Shown in pieces: positions 29,006-40,175 of a stretch of DNA of 64,000 nt. The position numbers and the translations under genes are program-made. The stretch's first letter is position 1. Each line of letters begins with the position of its first letter. The notes below the pieces were generated by a model that was given only the letters and a program-made list of their open reading frames with translations, had not been told where the DNA came from and searched no databases. The stretch lies in the NCBI GenBank assembly GCA_963823335.1, contig CAWGLD010000004.1, positions 128,001 to 192,000 of the forward strand, read 5' to 3'. The DNA comes from an uncultured delta proteobacterium. GTDB lineage: Bacteria > Desulfobacterota > Desulfobacteria > Desulfobacterales > B30-G6.

Positions 29006-29086
29006 GAATTGAAAGTTTTATTGACCGTATGAAAGCTGGAAAAGGGGGCGTAAGGCAGGGTTTCTTAGCATCTCTGACTTTTAATT

Positions 29087-29251
29087 TTAGCTGCGGATAC
29101 CTGCATCAGGGTGAAGCTTGCGCGCGCATTCAGGACAAAGACCATGGGTGAACTCTACCCCTGCACGATTCCTAAGATAATCTGCAGTTTCTTCCCAATA
29201 ATTTTCATCGTTACGTATTTTTTTACAGCCAAAAGTTCACGATAGGACCAT
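29087..29251 (-). pseudogene. Small Cys/His domain gene (CKKIR...W...FTHGLCPEC), interrupted near its start
   Basis: Manual translation MVLS*TFGCKKIRNDENYWEETADYLRNRAGVEFTHGLCPECARKLHPD; absent from the ORF track. Confidence 0.6.
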
Positions 29252-29518
29252 GGACGGATTTATAATTCCCTGCTACTAACTGTGCGATGCCTCCTACGTT
29301 CACACATATTCTATGTAAAATAGTTCACATTGTGAATGTATTTCCTTAATTTCAGGCCTGTTTTAACACCACTATAAATTATATATCATGCTGTTATAAT
29401 AGAGTTTTTATGCTTATAATAAATGCCACGAAACTTGCATGATTTATGCATGTACTAATATGCTGAGTTCTGCGAACTCCATTGACTTTAATTTCAGGGT
29501 ATTCTAACGTGGTAACTT

Positions 29519-29707
29519 ATGGATGCCCTGGCAATCATAATTGTCTTATCATTAGTTGGACTTTTTCTTGTTATATTATTTTATAAGCGAAAAGTACTTT
29601 TCCGTGATATAAATATAAAGCGTTCAGAAAGAGATCGACGTAGAAGTTTTATTGCTTCAAAAAATCGCATGCGGAGGTCTGGTAAAGATCGCAGACAAAA
29701 GGGTTAA
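29519..29707 (+). CDS. Small membrane-anchored Arg-rich protein (RS..DRR repeats)
   Basis: N-terminal TM, then RSERDRR and RSGKDRR. Confidence 0.6.
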   Translation: MDALAIIIVLSLVGLFLVILFYKRKVLFRDINIKRSERDRRRSFIASKNRMRRSGKDRRQKG

Positions 29708-29812
29708 CAATCTTGAAGTTCTATAGCGCACTGCTTCAAGATTGTGCTTCTACGAAAAATCAGCCCAAAGCCTAAGTTATAATAAACCCTAATTGTTATT
29801 TAGAGGTCTCGA

Positions 29813-30097
29813 ATGGTTGAAATGCGGAGCGGCAAAGATCGCAGGGTCAATAAAGATAGGAGAAAAGGAGGTATTTCTTCATACAGTGGCCCAGAAAATA
29901 GAGGCACAAGATACCGTAGGAGTGACAAAGATAGAAGAGAAATAAATAAAGATTCATTTACGAAAAGAACTTTGTCACTTAGCAATGAAGGTAGGCGCGC
30001 TGGAATTGATCAGCGTGTATTTTCATATGCTATTCATTTACCAGAAAGAAGAATAACGAAGGACCGAAGAGCTTGCATAGATAGACGCACCTCTTAA
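29813..30097 (+). CDS. Small Arg-rich protein with repeated R.G.DRR motifs
   Basis: GAGG RBS; RSGKDRR, YSGPE.R, RS.KDRR, HLPERR...DRR. Confidence 0.65.
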   Translation: MVEMRSGKDRRVNKDRRKGGISSYSGPENRGTRYRRSDKDRREINKDSFTKRTLSLSNEGRRAGIDQRVFSYAIHLPERRITKDRRACIDRRTS

Positions 30098-30131
30098 GAA
30101 TAGTTACGTACAAAAAATATTTATAAAGTGT

Positions 30132-30160
30132 AAGCAGGGTCAATTTGGCCCTGCTTTTTT
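30132..30160 (+). terminator. Rho-independent terminator
   Basis: aagcagggtc-aattt-ggccctgctt followed by a T run. Confidence 0.8.
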
Positions 30161-30203
30161 ATTATCTCCCGAAGAGGTATGGACTTATAACGATCTTTTG
30201 GTT

Positions 30204-30217
30204 TCTCCAACAAAACG
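30204..30217 (-). repeat. ICR copy E (inverted terminal 14 bp only)
   Basis: tctccaacaaaacg is the reverse complement of the conserved end cgttttgttggaga. Confidence 0.55.
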
Positions 30218-30300
30218 CAGGCCATATTAGATGTCATATATAATCCCTTGCGGACTCAAAAAACCGCTGCTATCGGAACGTTATTATGACAAATGCTCAA
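30218..30300 (+). mobile_element. IS630-family 3' end fragment
   Basis: Nearly identical to 48893-48975. Confidence 0.85.
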
Positions 30301-30313
30301 ATTTTATAAATCT

Positions 30314-30673
30314 TCAAGAAACGATTGTTACGGGCTTTTTTACGACCGTCAAGATCATTTTAAACCGCTTGACAGCGGTAACCGCATGGGGAACATTGGC
30401 CGGCATCACCACCACCTGGCCTGTACCAACGGTCATCTTTTTCCCGTCAATATTTACCATTGCCTCCCCATCGAGCACCTGCACCATCGCGTCTCCGGGC
30501 GCCGTATGGGTACTAACTCCTTCACCCTTATCGAAGGCGAAAAGGGTCAGACTGAGTGCCGGGTTCTGGGCAAAGGTCCTGCTGACAACCCGGCCTTCCT
30601 CGTATTCCACCAATTCAGCCAACTGCTGTGGTTCCGAAAACGGTATATTCTTTATAAATAATTGTTTGTCCAT
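30314..30673 (-). CDS. Cupin domain protein
   Basis: VVSRT, LTLFAFDKGEG.S.HTAPGDA, MPANVPHA; own AGGGAG RBS. Confidence 0.9.
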   Translation of the reverse strand: MDKQLFIKNIPFSEPQQLAELVEYEEGRVVSRTFAQNPALSLTLFAFDKGEGVSTHTAPGDAMVQVLDGEAMVNIDGKKMTVGTGQVVVMPANVPHAVTAVKRFKMILTVVKKPVTIVS

Positions 30674-31190
30674 TTTATCTCCCTTGGGTTTATTGTAACC
30701 GGCCTCTTCCAACCATTTCCTGATTTCGTGATTTGACGGGTTTCTACCCGTGCACAGTACCCTTCCATTGATTACCAGAGCAGGAGTTCCCTTAACCCGG
30801 TATTTCGAAATCCGCTCAGCTTCCCGGACATGTTCAAGGTCAGCCGCCAGTCCCATTGTCGCCAGCGTCTCCATGACCGTGTTTTCAAGGCCGTCACAGA
30901 TAGCACAGCCAGCGCCCAAAACTTTTATAACAAGACCTTCAGCTTCTTCATCCTCAACAGCATGGCCGAGAAACCTACTGAATTCCCGGACAAAAGCCCG
31001 GCCGTAATCTTCCCTGACATTTTCGGGAATATAATTTTTCTTCGCCAATCGCTCTATAAGCATACGGGAAAGGGCGGCATCCGTCTGATCCGCATAACCC
31101 CTGGCCATCTCTTCGAAGGTGCCCTTAAGGCCCACAATGCCGATCATATGTTTGCCGATCTTTATCTGTTTTACATCTTGTGTGGTCAGC
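30674..31190 (-). CDS. Thioredoxin-family (MTH895-like) protein with N-terminal extension, in frame with the cupin (no stop)
   Basis: IKVLGAGCAIC, TPALVING; KNYIP...DY..A..REF extension; start uncertain. Confidence 0.75.
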
Positions 31191-31208
31191 CTACTGGAAA
31201 GGCGGGTT

Positions 31209-31862
31209 CTATCTTCCTATGAGCTTATCTTTCTTCAATTGACCCATAACTGCTTTGATCAATTGATTAAAAATGGTGTCTGCCGATGTCTCATCAACAG
31301 ATGCCGAGGACGCAGACCACATCAGTTTCTCGCTGGCCGTATCGTAAATAGTTGTCCTCAGCCGGACAAATTGGCGCGTTACAGTCCGAATTGGGTTTCT
31401 ATCCGCTTCTCGAAAAACAAAGACACTGTAAGACCCCATGTCTCTGTAGCTACGGTTGGGTCCGGCATCCGCTTTTTGCCCATCCAAGTCTTTCTGCTCT
31501 TCTCCCATACGAACCAGGTGGGTGAACAATACAGCTCCTAAATGATTATTGGCGGCAGTTTCTTTGATGATCTCCTTGTGGTCCATTATATTCTCTGTGG
31601 TCAGTTTTCTGCTCTCCGGCATAATTTTGTATGCGCAGACAGCGTTGACACCTTTCTTTTGGAAGGCGTCGACAAATAGATCTTCAAAATGCTGACGGAC
31701 ATCGTCATGCTTTGCGACACCGAGCACCATGATACTGTCTATGGATCTATCTTTAAACGTGTCATTTTTCCGGACGTTTGTTAAGGAGGTCGATGGGGCG
31801 CAGGCTGCCAAAAGCAGTATTGTGAGTGCTATAAATATTTTTACAAATACCTTTCTGTTCAT
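31209..31862 (-). CDS. Lipoprotein of unknown function
   Basis: Lipobox LAAC; R..FED.F and IYD...KL.WS motifs. Confidence 0.75.
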   Translation of the reverse strand: MNRKVFVKIFIALTILLLAACAPSTSLTNVRKNDTFKDRSIDSIMVLGVAKHDDVRQHFEDLFVDAFQKKGVNAVCAYKIMPESRKLTTENIMDHKEIIKETAANNHLGAVLFTHLVRMGEEQKDLDGQKADAGPNRSYRDMGSYSVFVFREADRNPIRTVTRQFVRLRTTIYDTASEKLMWSASSASVDETSADTIFNQLIKAVMGQLKKDKLIGR

Positions 31863-32119
31863 AAAAAAGCTCCTATATCCCAAACTGAGCGGTTTTGTGT
31901 TTGAACAACAAAAAGCCTTGTCGGCGAGAGGCAAAAAGCGAAGAGACCTTGTTATCGGACGCGATAGTTCATCTCTAATCAACAACGCATATTATTTTTA
32001 GCACGATTTGGTCAAATATCCCAGATTTTTTGCGCACTTCACCTTACGATTTATGTGCTTGATTCTATGTATCAGCCAGCCCTAAGTTATGGCCGGCGCA
32101 TATTGACAGCGTTTAAAAA

Positions 32120-32410
32120 GTTCAGGTGTAATTTGAACGCAATATAAGGTACATATATGAATTGGGGAAATGGGTCAAGAAATGGGGTGTTTTAAACGTT
32201 TTGAACAGGATGTTTTGGAGCTAAACCTGCCATGTCCGGCCGGTGATGTATGGAATCTTAGTTCCTGACATTACAAGAAATATTGCCGATACCATCTAGT
32301 TATCACCACGGTATCATGGCAGGGCTTATGAATGCAAGATTTGGCCTGTTGTGATTATAATCGCACACCGGTGAAATTTGAGGGGCCTAATAACCTTGTT
32401 TTTGTTAGAG
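32120..32410 (+). repeat. ICR copy F (full length, diverged)
   Basis: gggtcaag promoter part, aaatattgccgataccat, ccacggtatcatgg, tgtgattataatcgca, end ttttgttagag. Confidence 0.88.
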
Positions 32411-32570
32411 TTACCAAAGTTATTTGCAGATCAAAATTATTACAGATATGTCAACTTAAAGGAATCTTGGACATGACTTAAGAGTTGCTCTTGTTAAGAT
32501 TTATTAAATTTGGAGTTAATAATAACTCACATTAAATGCCCCTTAAACAGAACAGAGCTATCCCTTATAA

Positions 32571-33167
32571 TTATTTCGCTATGTTGTCTCTTAAAAGTGT
32601 CAGCCCTTCTTCACGGGCTTTGAGAATAGTTTTCAGGCTAACACCTTTCATCTCCTGGCGGAGGATGACAAAATCTTTCAATACTTGGCGATATATTAGA
32701 TATTCATCTTTTCCCGAGATATTCGCTGCGACCTTTGAGTTGAAAAGAAAATTATCGATCGGCCCGTTTTTTCCGTTTCGATTTCCCTCGGAAAGATCGA
32801 CACAATGATCCTGATAAACCAGAAAACAGTGCACCATCGGAAGGTAGGGAAGATTATATCTGTCTAGAATTTTTCCTGTCCCACTAACAATCTCTTCTGT
32901 CATCGCGTAGATACCGATGTTCTTTACAATCTTTAAATTTAGTTCGGCCGCCAGGGTTCCGATGACCGCATGTTTGGTCGTGCAGCTCCCCATTTTCTCC
33001 TTAAAAAGAATCATTACGTCGTCTCGATTTGAGTTGTAGCCGTAAGGCAGTTCATACACATAGCGGCAAGCACTCTGGAAATCTTTTATCCCCAGATCCA
33101 GAAAAGTCTGTGCAATTAAGCCCGCTTTTTCTATCGGTTTGTTTGGGAAAACAGTATGTTTTTTCAT
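32571..33167 (-). CDS. Hypothetical protein (possible transglutaminase-like fold)
   Basis: LPYGYNS, GSCTTKH, HCFL....DL pattern of a Cys-His-Asp triad. Confidence 0.65.
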   Translation of the reverse strand: MKKHTVFPNKPIEKAGLIAQTFLDLGIKDFQSACRYVYELPYGYNSNRDDVMILFKEKMGSCTTKHAVIGTLAAELNLKIVKNIGIYAMTEEIVSGTGKILDRYNLPYLPMVHCFLVYQDHCVDLSEGNRNGKNGPIDNFLFNSKVAANISGKDEYLIYRQVLKDFVILRQEMKGVSLKTILKAREEGLTLLRDNIAK

Positions 33168-33257
33168 TTGCTAATATTGATACTCAAATAACCTTACCGA
33201 CGTTTCTTTCAAAAATGATACTGATTCTTTAATAATTTTTTAGCTGCATCCATAAAG

Positions 33258-35033
33258 TTAAGCAGGGTGATGGATAGTAAAGGTACTTCCTTTACCGAGC
33301 TCGCTCTGCACGGAAACCCTGCCGCCGTGTGCCTTGACGATATGTTTCACGATGGCCAACCCCAGGCCAGTGCCTCCCAGGGTCCGGCTTCTGGATTTGT
33401 CGACCCGGTAAAATCTTTCAAACAGTCTGGGTTGGTGTTTTAGAGAAATTCCAGAGCCATGGTCAATTACGTGGATGCGCATCTCATGATCACGAATTTC
33501 CACAGTAATATGCACGGTTTCATTTTCAGGGCTGTAGGTTACGGCATTGTCCAGCAGGTTGATCAATGCCTGTTCGAAGATAGAAGAATCGACTTGAATT
33601 GGGGTGTCTGGTTCACAGGCAATATCAAACGATATATTTTTTTTCTCAGCTTTCAACTGGACCACATGGATGGCGTTTTCAATGAGGCGCTTCAAACCCC
33701 TTTTTTCGATCTTGATTTGTTCTATATTGTCAAATTGCTCAAGTCTGGACAGCATTAACAGGTCTTCAATAATGGCGTTCAACCGATCCACCTGGCGCAT
33801 GATGATCACAAAGAATTTTTCAGTATCAGCCGAAGGTTGGGGCATGTTTTCATGCAGGGTTTCAACAAATCCTTTGATGGCGGTCAGCGGTGTTTTTAAC
33901 TCGTGGGACACATTGGCCACAAAATCTTTACGAACGTTTTCAAGATGACGGATCTTGGTGACGTCGTTGAGAACCAGAAGGGATCCGATGCGAAGGTTTT
34001 TCGCGTCCTTCAGCGGTGCGCTGCGGATATTGATAAGTGTTGTATGGTTGCCTTCCAGAATCTCAAAGTCTTTATCTTCCATCTCTTTGCCGGCGAGCGA
34101 ATCGGATACATATTCAAGAAATTCCGGTATTCGCAGGGTTTCCTGGATGGTCCGTCCCTTGGCTATTGCGGTATCGATTTTCAGCATATCCAGCGCCGCC
34201 TGGTTGATGCTCAGCAAACGCTCGTCGCTGTCCACGGCGATAACCCCTTCTTTCATGCTCGACAAAACCGCTTCATATTCGTTGCGCTGGCTGATAACAG
34301 TTTTGATCCGTTCTTGCAGTTGGCCCGCCATCTGATTCATGGCTTCTGCCAAGCTGGCAAGTTCCGATGAAACAGGAGTGGGAAGTCTGAGGTCCAACTC
34401 GCCTTTTGCGAAACGTTCGGCGCCTTTCTTCATTTGTTCGATAGGCTGGGTAATTCTTCTGGCGATGAACAGCGTCACGATTGAAGACAAAAATGCAATA
34501 ATCAGGCCGCCGAAAATAATTTTCAGCTGAATCGATTTCAGCTTTTTGTCGATGGCGGTAACCGGGATGGATGTCCGCAGGATGCCGATGAGCCTTCCGG
34601 CAGGGTCTTTCAGTTGAATGGCTTCATACATCAGGGTTTGACCGAGCGTGCCGCTGTATCTTAGCGAAGTTCCCATACCGTCATGTATCGCCTGCATGAC
34701 CTCTGGCCGATCGATGTGGCTGTCCATTTGGCTTGGATTTTTTTCGGAATCGCCGACAACCCGTCCATCGGGAAGGATAACGGTAATGCGTGTTGAGGCC
34801 TCGATTCCGAATTCTTTGCATAAATAATCGACGCTCTCAAACTCCCTGCTTATGAGGATTTTTGTAATTTGCGGCTTCAACAGCAGGCTTTGGTTTTGAA
34901 GATCGAACTGGGTTCTTTGGAGAAAAAAAGTTCGGGAGGTACTGGATGTGTACCACGCAAGTGAAAAAATGGCAACCAGGGTGGTAATGAGAAACCAGGG
35001 ATAAAAATGCCAGATGAGTCTGCGATGGATCAT
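33258..35033 (-). CDS. phoR: Phosphate regulon sensor histidine kinase
   Basis: [37 protein letters not shown]; operon context. Confidence 0.9.
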   Translation of the reverse strand: MIHRRLIWHFYPWFLITTLVAIFSLAWYTSSTSRTFFLQRTQFDLQNQSLLLKPQITKILISREFESVDYLCKEFGIEASTRITVILPDGRVVGDSEKNPSQMDSHIDRPEVMQAIHDGMGTSLRYSGTLGQTLMYEAIQLKDPAGRLIGILRTSIPVTAIDKKLKSIQLKIIFGGLIIAFLSSIVTLFIARRITQPIEQMKKGAERFAKGELDLRLPTPVSSELASLAEAMNQMAGQLQERIKTVISQRNEYEAVLSSMKEGVIAVDSDERLLSINQAALDMLKIDTAIAKGRTIQETLRIPEFLEYVSDSLAGKEMEDKDFEILEGNHTTLINIRSAPLKDAKNLRIGSLLVLNDVTKIRHLENVRKDFVANVSHELKTPLTAIKGFVETLHENMPQPSADTEKFFVIIMRQVDRLNAIIEDLLMLSRLEQFDNIEQIKIEKRGLKRLIENAIHVVQLKAEKKNISFDIACEPDTPIQVDSSIFEQALINLLDNAVTYSPENETVHITVEIRDHEMRIHVIDHGSGISLKHQPRLFERFYRVDKSRSRTLGGTGLGLAIVKHIVKAHGGRVSVQSELGKGSTFTIHHPA

Positions 35034-35725
35034 GATGTTTTCTCTTTGAATCGATAGCCGACACCACGCACCGTTTCAATATAATGGGCAAAGGTGTCAA
35101 ATTTTTTTCTAAGACCGACGATTTGAACATCTACGCTCCGGTCGGTGACCGGATAATCGTCACCCTTTACGGCATCCACGATTTGCGATCTCGTAAAGAC
35201 CCAGCCTGGCCGTCTGGCCAGAAAATAGAGAATTTGAAACTCGGAAAGAGTCAAGTCAATGGATTTGCTGCCTGCCAGAACGTGATGCCGGCGGGGATCG
35301 ATGGTCAACTGGTGAATGTGAATGATCTTTTCAGGGTTTTCTTCTTCGGCCGTTTGTCTGCGAAGCACGGACTTCACTCTTGCCATGAGGATCCGGAGGC
35401 TGAAGGGCTTGGTGACATAATCATCCGCACCCAGTTCCAGCCCGATGACAATATCCGCTTCCTCGCCCTTGGCTGTCAGCATGATGATGGGTATATGCGA
35501 GGTCTTCTGATGCTGTTTCAACCGCCTTGCCACTTCCAGGCCATCGATGCCGGGGAGCATGAGATCGAGGATCATGAGCTCTATGTTTTCGTTTTTTGCT
35601 TTTTCCAGCGCTTTCTCGCCGGAAATCGCGCAGATGACCTGGTACCCTTCCCTTGCGAGATTGTACCGGACCAGTTCTAAAATATCTTCTTCATCATCAA
35701 CGACCAGAATGGTTTCTTTTGCCAT
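35030..35725 (-). CDS. phoB: Phosphate regulon response regulator (OmpR family)
   Basis: REC plus winged helix (R.VDVQI..LR, ETVRGVGY); between phoU and phoR. Confidence 0.88.
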   Translation of the reverse strand: MAKETILVVDDEEDILELVRYNLAREGYQVICAISGEKALEKAKNENIELMILDLMLPGIDGLEVARRLKQHQKTSHIPIIMLTAKGEEADIVIGLELGADDYVTKPFSLRILMARVKSVLRRQTAEEENPEKIIHIHQLTIDPRRHHVLAGSKSIDLTLSEFQILYFLARRPGWVFTRSQIVDAVKGDDYPVTDRSVDVQIVGLRKKFDTFAHYIETVRGVGYRFKEKTS

Positions 35726-35753
35726 GGGCTGCCTTTTTAAAAATCAGATTTTG

Positions 35754-36413
35754 TTACTCCAGGACACCGTGTCGGACAATATCACCTTCGATCAGGTATA
35801 TGACCTCTTCGGCAATGTTGGTGGAATGATCCGCCAGTCGCTCCACATGGCGGGAAATCAGCAGCAGGTTGATGTAATAACCCAAATGATTCGGATCGCT
35901 TTTCATGGCCTGCTTGATCCTGTCGTAAGCCAGATCTTTTAATTCATCCACTTCATCATCCATTGTGCAGACCTTTAACGCAAGGTCAATATCCAGGTTC
36001 ACCAGGGAATCAAGACTCATTTTGAGCATCACCTGAGCTTTTTCCGACATGACCGAATAATCAAATACAACATTTTCAATATCCTGTTTAGCGATGGTGA
36101 GGACCCGCTGGGCAATATTTACGGCCTGGTCGCCGATCCTTTCCAGATCATTGTTTATTTTAATTACGGCGATCAGAAATCGAAGATCCACCGCTACCGG
36201 TTGATGCAGTGCGAGCACTTTGAGACATTCTTCCTCCACTTCGACTTCCATTTCATCAATTTCAAAGTCGTTCTTGATAATTTTTTCCGCCAGGGCCGCA
36301 TTTTTTTCATCGACGGCCGTTCGGGCCATCTGAACCCGTTCTTCCACCAGCGCGCCAAGAGCGAGTATCCTTTGTTTTATCTTTTCCAGTTCTCTATGAA
36401 AATGTTTTGTCAT
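35754..36413 (-). CDS. phoU: Phosphate signalling complex protein
   Basis: QPVA.DLR, DLERIGD.A.NIA, ER.ADH.TNIAE. Confidence 0.95.
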   Translation of the reverse strand: MTKHFHRELEKIKQRILALGALVEERVQMARTAVDEKNAALAEKIIKNDFEIDEMEVEVEEECLKVLALHQPVAVDLRFLIAVIKINNDLERIGDQAVNIAQRVLTIAKQDIENVVFDYSVMSEKAQVMLKMSLDSLVNLDIDLALKVCTMDDEVDELKDLAYDRIKQAMKSDPNHLGYYINLLLISRHVERLADHSTNIAEEVIYLIEGDIVRHGVLE

Positions 36414-36459
36414 GGCTTTTCCTCAAAAACCGTTTATTGTTATGTCCGATTCGAACGGG

Positions 36460-37245
36460 TTAGCCGAACCGTCCCGTAATATAATCTTCCGTCTGTTTCA
36501 GCCTGGGTCTTGTGAATAGTGTGTCTGTTTTATCCACCTCAATAAGTTTCCCGATGTAAAAAAATGCGGTACTATCGGAGACCCTGGCTGCCTGCTGCAT
36601 GTTGTGGGTTACAATAATAATGGTATAACTTTTTTTGAGTTCATGAATTAGTTCTTCAATCTTCTGGGTGGCTATCGGGTCCAAGGCGGAGCAGGGTTCG
36701 TCCATCAGCACGACTTCAGGTTGTATGGCCAGCGCGCGGGCCATGCACAAGCGTTGCTGCTGGCCGCCGGAGAGCCCAAGAGCGGATTCATGAAGCCTGT
36801 CTTTGACCTCATCCCACAGGGCAGCTTGTTTCAAGCTTTCTTCCACACGTGCTTCAACAAGGGCTTTGTTTTTAACACCGTTTACCAAAAGACCGTAGGC
36901 CACATTTTCAAATGTAGTTTTCGGAAACGGATTCGGTTTTTGGAACACCATGCCCACCCGCTTTCTCAATAATACGACATCCAGACCGGCCGCGTAGATA
37001 TCTTCACTTTCCAGTCGGATATTGCCCTCCACACGGGTTGCGGGAATCAAATCATTCATCCGGTTAAGACACCGCAAAAATGTGCTCTTCCCACAGCCGG
37101 AAGGTCCGATGAGCGCAGTTACCTCGCATTCATTAAAGTATAGATCAACGTCATAGAGCGCCTGTGAAGCACCATAATAGAAATTCAGGTTTTCCACGGA
37201 CATTTTAGGTTTTTTCTTTTTCATGTTGTTGGATTCCATTTTCAT
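36460..37245 (-). CDS. pstB: Phosphate ABC transporter ATPase
   Basis: [37 protein letters not shown]. Confidence 0.96.
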   Translation of the reverse strand: MKMESNNMKKKKPKMSVENLNFYYGASQALYDVDLYFNECEVTALIGPSGCGKSTFLRCLNRMNDLIPATRVEGNIRLESEDIYAAGLDVVLLRKRVGMVFQKPNPFPKTTFENVAYGLLVNGVKNKALVEARVEESLKQAALWDEVKDRLHESALGLSGGQQQRLCMARALAIQPEVVLMDEPCSALDPIATQKIEELIHELKKSYTIIIVTHNMQQAARVSDSTAFFYIGKLIEVDKTDTLFTRPRLKQTEDYITGRFG

Positions 37246-38114
37246 TACTGTCTCAATCGTTTCCGAAGATATGAGCGATAGATGATTGCAATCAGGTTCA
37301 TTCCCAGAACCAGGGCGATCAAAACAAGGGCGGTGCCGTATTGAAGGTGGCGTGTTTTTTCAATTTCAGTGCCGGCCGTTGCCAGTACATAAATATGATA
37401 GGGCAGGGCCATGACTTCGTCAAAGATGGATTTCGGCAGATGGGGCGTAAAGAAAACCGCGCCGGTAAACATAATGGGCGCTGTTTCACCGGCGGCGCGG
37501 CTAAGACCCAGTATCGTACCGGTGAGAATGCCCGGCATGGCAGAAGGCAACACCACCCGCCAGATGGTCTGCCATTTGGTGGCGCCGAGGCCCAAAGAGG
37601 CTTCTCTGTATGTATCCGGAACCGACTTCAATGCTTCTTCGGTTGAGCCGATGATGACCGGCAAAGACATGACGCCCAATGTCAATCCGCCGGCGAGGAT
37701 GCTGACGCCCATGTTTAAAATTACCACAAAAAAGGCCAGCCCGAACAGACCGAAGACCACAGAGGGAACACCTGCCAGGCTGCTGATGCCCAGCCGAATA
37801 ATGCGGATATATTTTCCCCGGCCGGCGTACTCGTTTAAAAAAATGGCCGATGCAACGCCGATAGGCAGCGCAACAATGATGGCGCAGATGCTGAGAGAAA
37901 GAGTGCCGACAATACAGGGGAGGATACCTCCCTGGGTCATGGAATCCGTGGGTGGCTGCGATAAAAAAGTCCAGTTGATGGCACGCCAGCCATTGATCAC
38001 CATGAAATAGAGAATAATGAACAATGCGATGCCATTGACAAAGGAGGCTGTCCGAAAAATCGAAAATGACAGAAATTGCGTGAGATTCTTGCGCCGGTGA
38101 TAGGTTGAATCCAT
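37245..38114 (-). CDS. pstA: Phosphate ABC transporter permease
   Basis: LAGVPS.V.GLFG, EAS..LGA.KW, R..GETAP; start may be 38204. Confidence 0.92.
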   Translation of the reverse strand: MDSTYHRRKNLTQFLSFSIFRTASFVNGIALFIILYFMVINGWRAINWTFLSQPPTDSMTQGGILPCIVGTLSLSICAIIVALPIGVASAIFLNEYAGRGKYIRIIRLGISSLAGVPSVVFGLFGLAFFVVILNMGVSILAGGLTLGVMSLPVIIGSTEEALKSVPDTYREASLGLGATKWQTIWRVVLPSAMPGILTGTILGLSRAAGETAPIMFTGAVFFTPHLPKSIFDEVMALPYHIYVLATAGTEIEKTRHLQYGTALVLIALVLGMNLIAIIYRSYLRKRLRQ

Positions 38115-38250
38115 GATCAGATCTTTGGCCAACCCCTTCTTTGGGTTTTCTTCTGATCGCTTGTTTTGAGAATTTTTAATATGCAAGGCTTGACTGGTAT
38201 CCATCTTCATTTTGGTGCACGCGCATCCTTCATGCGTATAAACGTCGAAT

Positions 38251-39147
38251 TTAAAGCGAGGCTTCACCCACCCGCCGATATTTTGTGGCAATATGGTCGG
38301 CAATAATATTGAAAATCAGTGTAAAGATAAACAATACAATGCCGGTAGCAAAGAGTGCATAATAATGATCACTGCCCACCGGTGCTTCCGCCATCTCAGA
38401 TGCAATGCTCGCAGGCATGGGTCTTACCGGATCGAAAATGGATTCCGGTATCATTGCGGCACCGCCTGCCACCATGAGCACCACCATGGTTTCACCGATG
38501 GCTCTTGAAAGGCCGAGAATGATGGCTGTACTGATGCCTGAAATGGATGCGGGCAATATGACCCGGATGATGGTCTGCAGGTGCGATGCGCCCAGGGCAA
38601 CGGAGGCCTCTTTTAAGGCAGCGGGCACGCTGTGGATGGCGTCTTCGGATATGCTGCAAATGGTCGGAATCGACATGAACGCCAGCATGATGGACGCGTT
38701 GAACAGGTTCAATCCTGTGGGAATGTCGAATACACGTTGGAGAAATGGCGCCACCAAGACCATGCCGAAAAACCCGATGACCACCGAAGGCAGCGCTGCC
38801 AAGAGTTCCACCATTGGTTTGACGATTTCGCTTACCCGGTCCGAAGCGATTTCAGCAATATAAATCGCCGTCATGACCCCCAGGGGGATGGAAATCAAGC
38901 CGGAAATAAAAGTGACCAACAGGGATGCGACAATCAGAGAGAGAATACCGAAATCAGCGGGATCGGATGTCGGGTACCAGTATTTTCCGAAAACGAACTC
39001 CTTGACAGAAACGGTCTTGAATATGGGCAGCCCTTCCTTGAAGAGAAACAGGGTGATCAACAAGAGAACGGTCAAAGACGTCAGAGCCACCATGAAAAAC
39101 AGGGTGTGCATAGATCGTTCGGTAATAATCCGCTTGTTTTGTTTCAT
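38251..39147 (-). CDS. pstC: Phosphate ABC transporter permease
   Basis: KP.VELLA..PSV..G, RAIGETM.V.M. Confidence 0.94.
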   Translation of the reverse strand: MKQNKRIITERSMHTLFFMVALTSLTVLLLITLFLFKEGLPIFKTVSVKEFVFGKYWYPTSDPADFGILSLIVASLLVTFISGLISIPLGVMTAIYIAEIASDRVSEIVKPMVELLAALPSVVIGFFGMVLVAPFLQRVFDIPTGLNLFNASIMLAFMSIPTICSISEDAIHSVPAALKEASVALGASHLQTIIRVILPASISGISTAIILGLSRAIGETMVVLMVAGGAAMIPESIFDPVRPMPASIASEMAEAPVGSDHYYALFATGIVLFIFTLIFNIIADHIATKYRRVGEASL

Positions 39148-39250
39148 AAGGAAAGGACCGGGTGCTTTCTTAATTTCGATCTAAATCCGCTCTGCGGGCG
39201 GATGTTCAGTTGATGGGGCCCAGACCCTGATGGGCCGGGGTCCCGTTATG

Positions 39251-40069
39251 TTAATACAGCGGTACATAGCCACTGTCTGCTACGTGTTTCTGGCCTTTTT
39301 CAGGATTCAGCATGTAATTGATGAAGTTCAAGGTGTCGCCTTCGGGCCAGCCGTTGGTGAACATGAAAAGGGGCCTGCTGATGGGAAACGTACCGTTGAG
39401 AGTGGTCTCGTTGGTGCCCTGGACGCCATTGACCGTCAGCACTTTGACGCTGCTGTTCACATAGCCGATGCCGATGTAGCCGATGGCATACTTGTTGTTG
39501 GATACGGCCTGCACGATGGCGCCGTTGGAAGCCATGATCTGGGCCCTGGGAGTGACGCGCTCGCCTTTCAAGACTTTCCCTTCCCATGTTTCATACGTTC
39601 CGGAAGATGTATCGCGTGAGCATACAACAATTTTGAGATCCGGTCCACCCAGTTCTTTAAAATTGGTGATGTCGCCCTTGTAGATGGCTTTGAGCTGATC
39701 CAGGGTAATGTCGATCAGGGAATTGCTGGGATGAACCACCGGAATAATCGAGTCGTAGGCGACGGCGTAAGGTACCGGATAGACACCTTTCCCAACGGCC
39801 ATGGTGACTTCTTTATCCTTGATAAAACGGGATGCATTGGCGATGTCCGTGGAGCCGTCGATAATGGCCTTGATGCCGTTGCTGGAACCACCCCCGGACA
39901 GCGAAATGCTCACACCCGGGTTGGCTTTCATGTAGGCTTCCACTGCCTTTTGGGCAATGGGCAGCACGGTGGTCGATCCCTTTATGACCAAATTGCCTGC
40001 AAAAGCACCGTTTGCAAAGATCAATCCCAACGCGCCGATCATAATCATGACTGTTAACTGTTTCTTCAT
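39251..40069 (-). CDS. pstS: Phosphate-binding protein
   Basis: Signal peptide, GSTTV.P, GGGS..G, RD.SSGT, P.SRPL; GGAGG RBS. Confidence 0.93.
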   Translation of the reverse strand: MKKQLTVMIMIGALGLIFANGAFAGNLVIKGSTTVLPIAQKAVEAYMKANPGVSISLSGGGSSNGIKAIIDGSTDIANASRFIKDKEVTMAVGKGVYPVPYAVAYDSIIPVVHPSNSLIDITLDQLKAIYKGDITNFKELGGPDLKIVVCSRDTSSGTYETWEGKVLKGERVTPRAQIMASNGAIVQAVSNNKYAIGYIGIGYVNSSVKVLTVNGVQGTNETTLNGTFPISRPLFMFTNGWPEGDTLNFINYMLNPEKGQKHVADSGYVPLY

Positions 40070-40175
40070 TTCTTTCCTCCATTTTGTAATGAATTTATAT
40101 TGAAAAATTGACCTAAATAAGAACAACAAGCAAACATAGTCGTTTAATAACAGTTGGAGGAAAATAGCATGGGAT

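Noticed and set aside
29237-29239. In-frame TGA codons (also 5083-5085 and in the IS630 remnant) as selenocysteine or a recoded genetic code
   Set aside because: They do not align with the expected Cys positions, occur in otherwise decayed genes, and TGA ends many intact genes here
29425-29440. Sigma54 promoter-like tgccacgaaacttgca
   Set aside because: It lacks the invariant GG at -24
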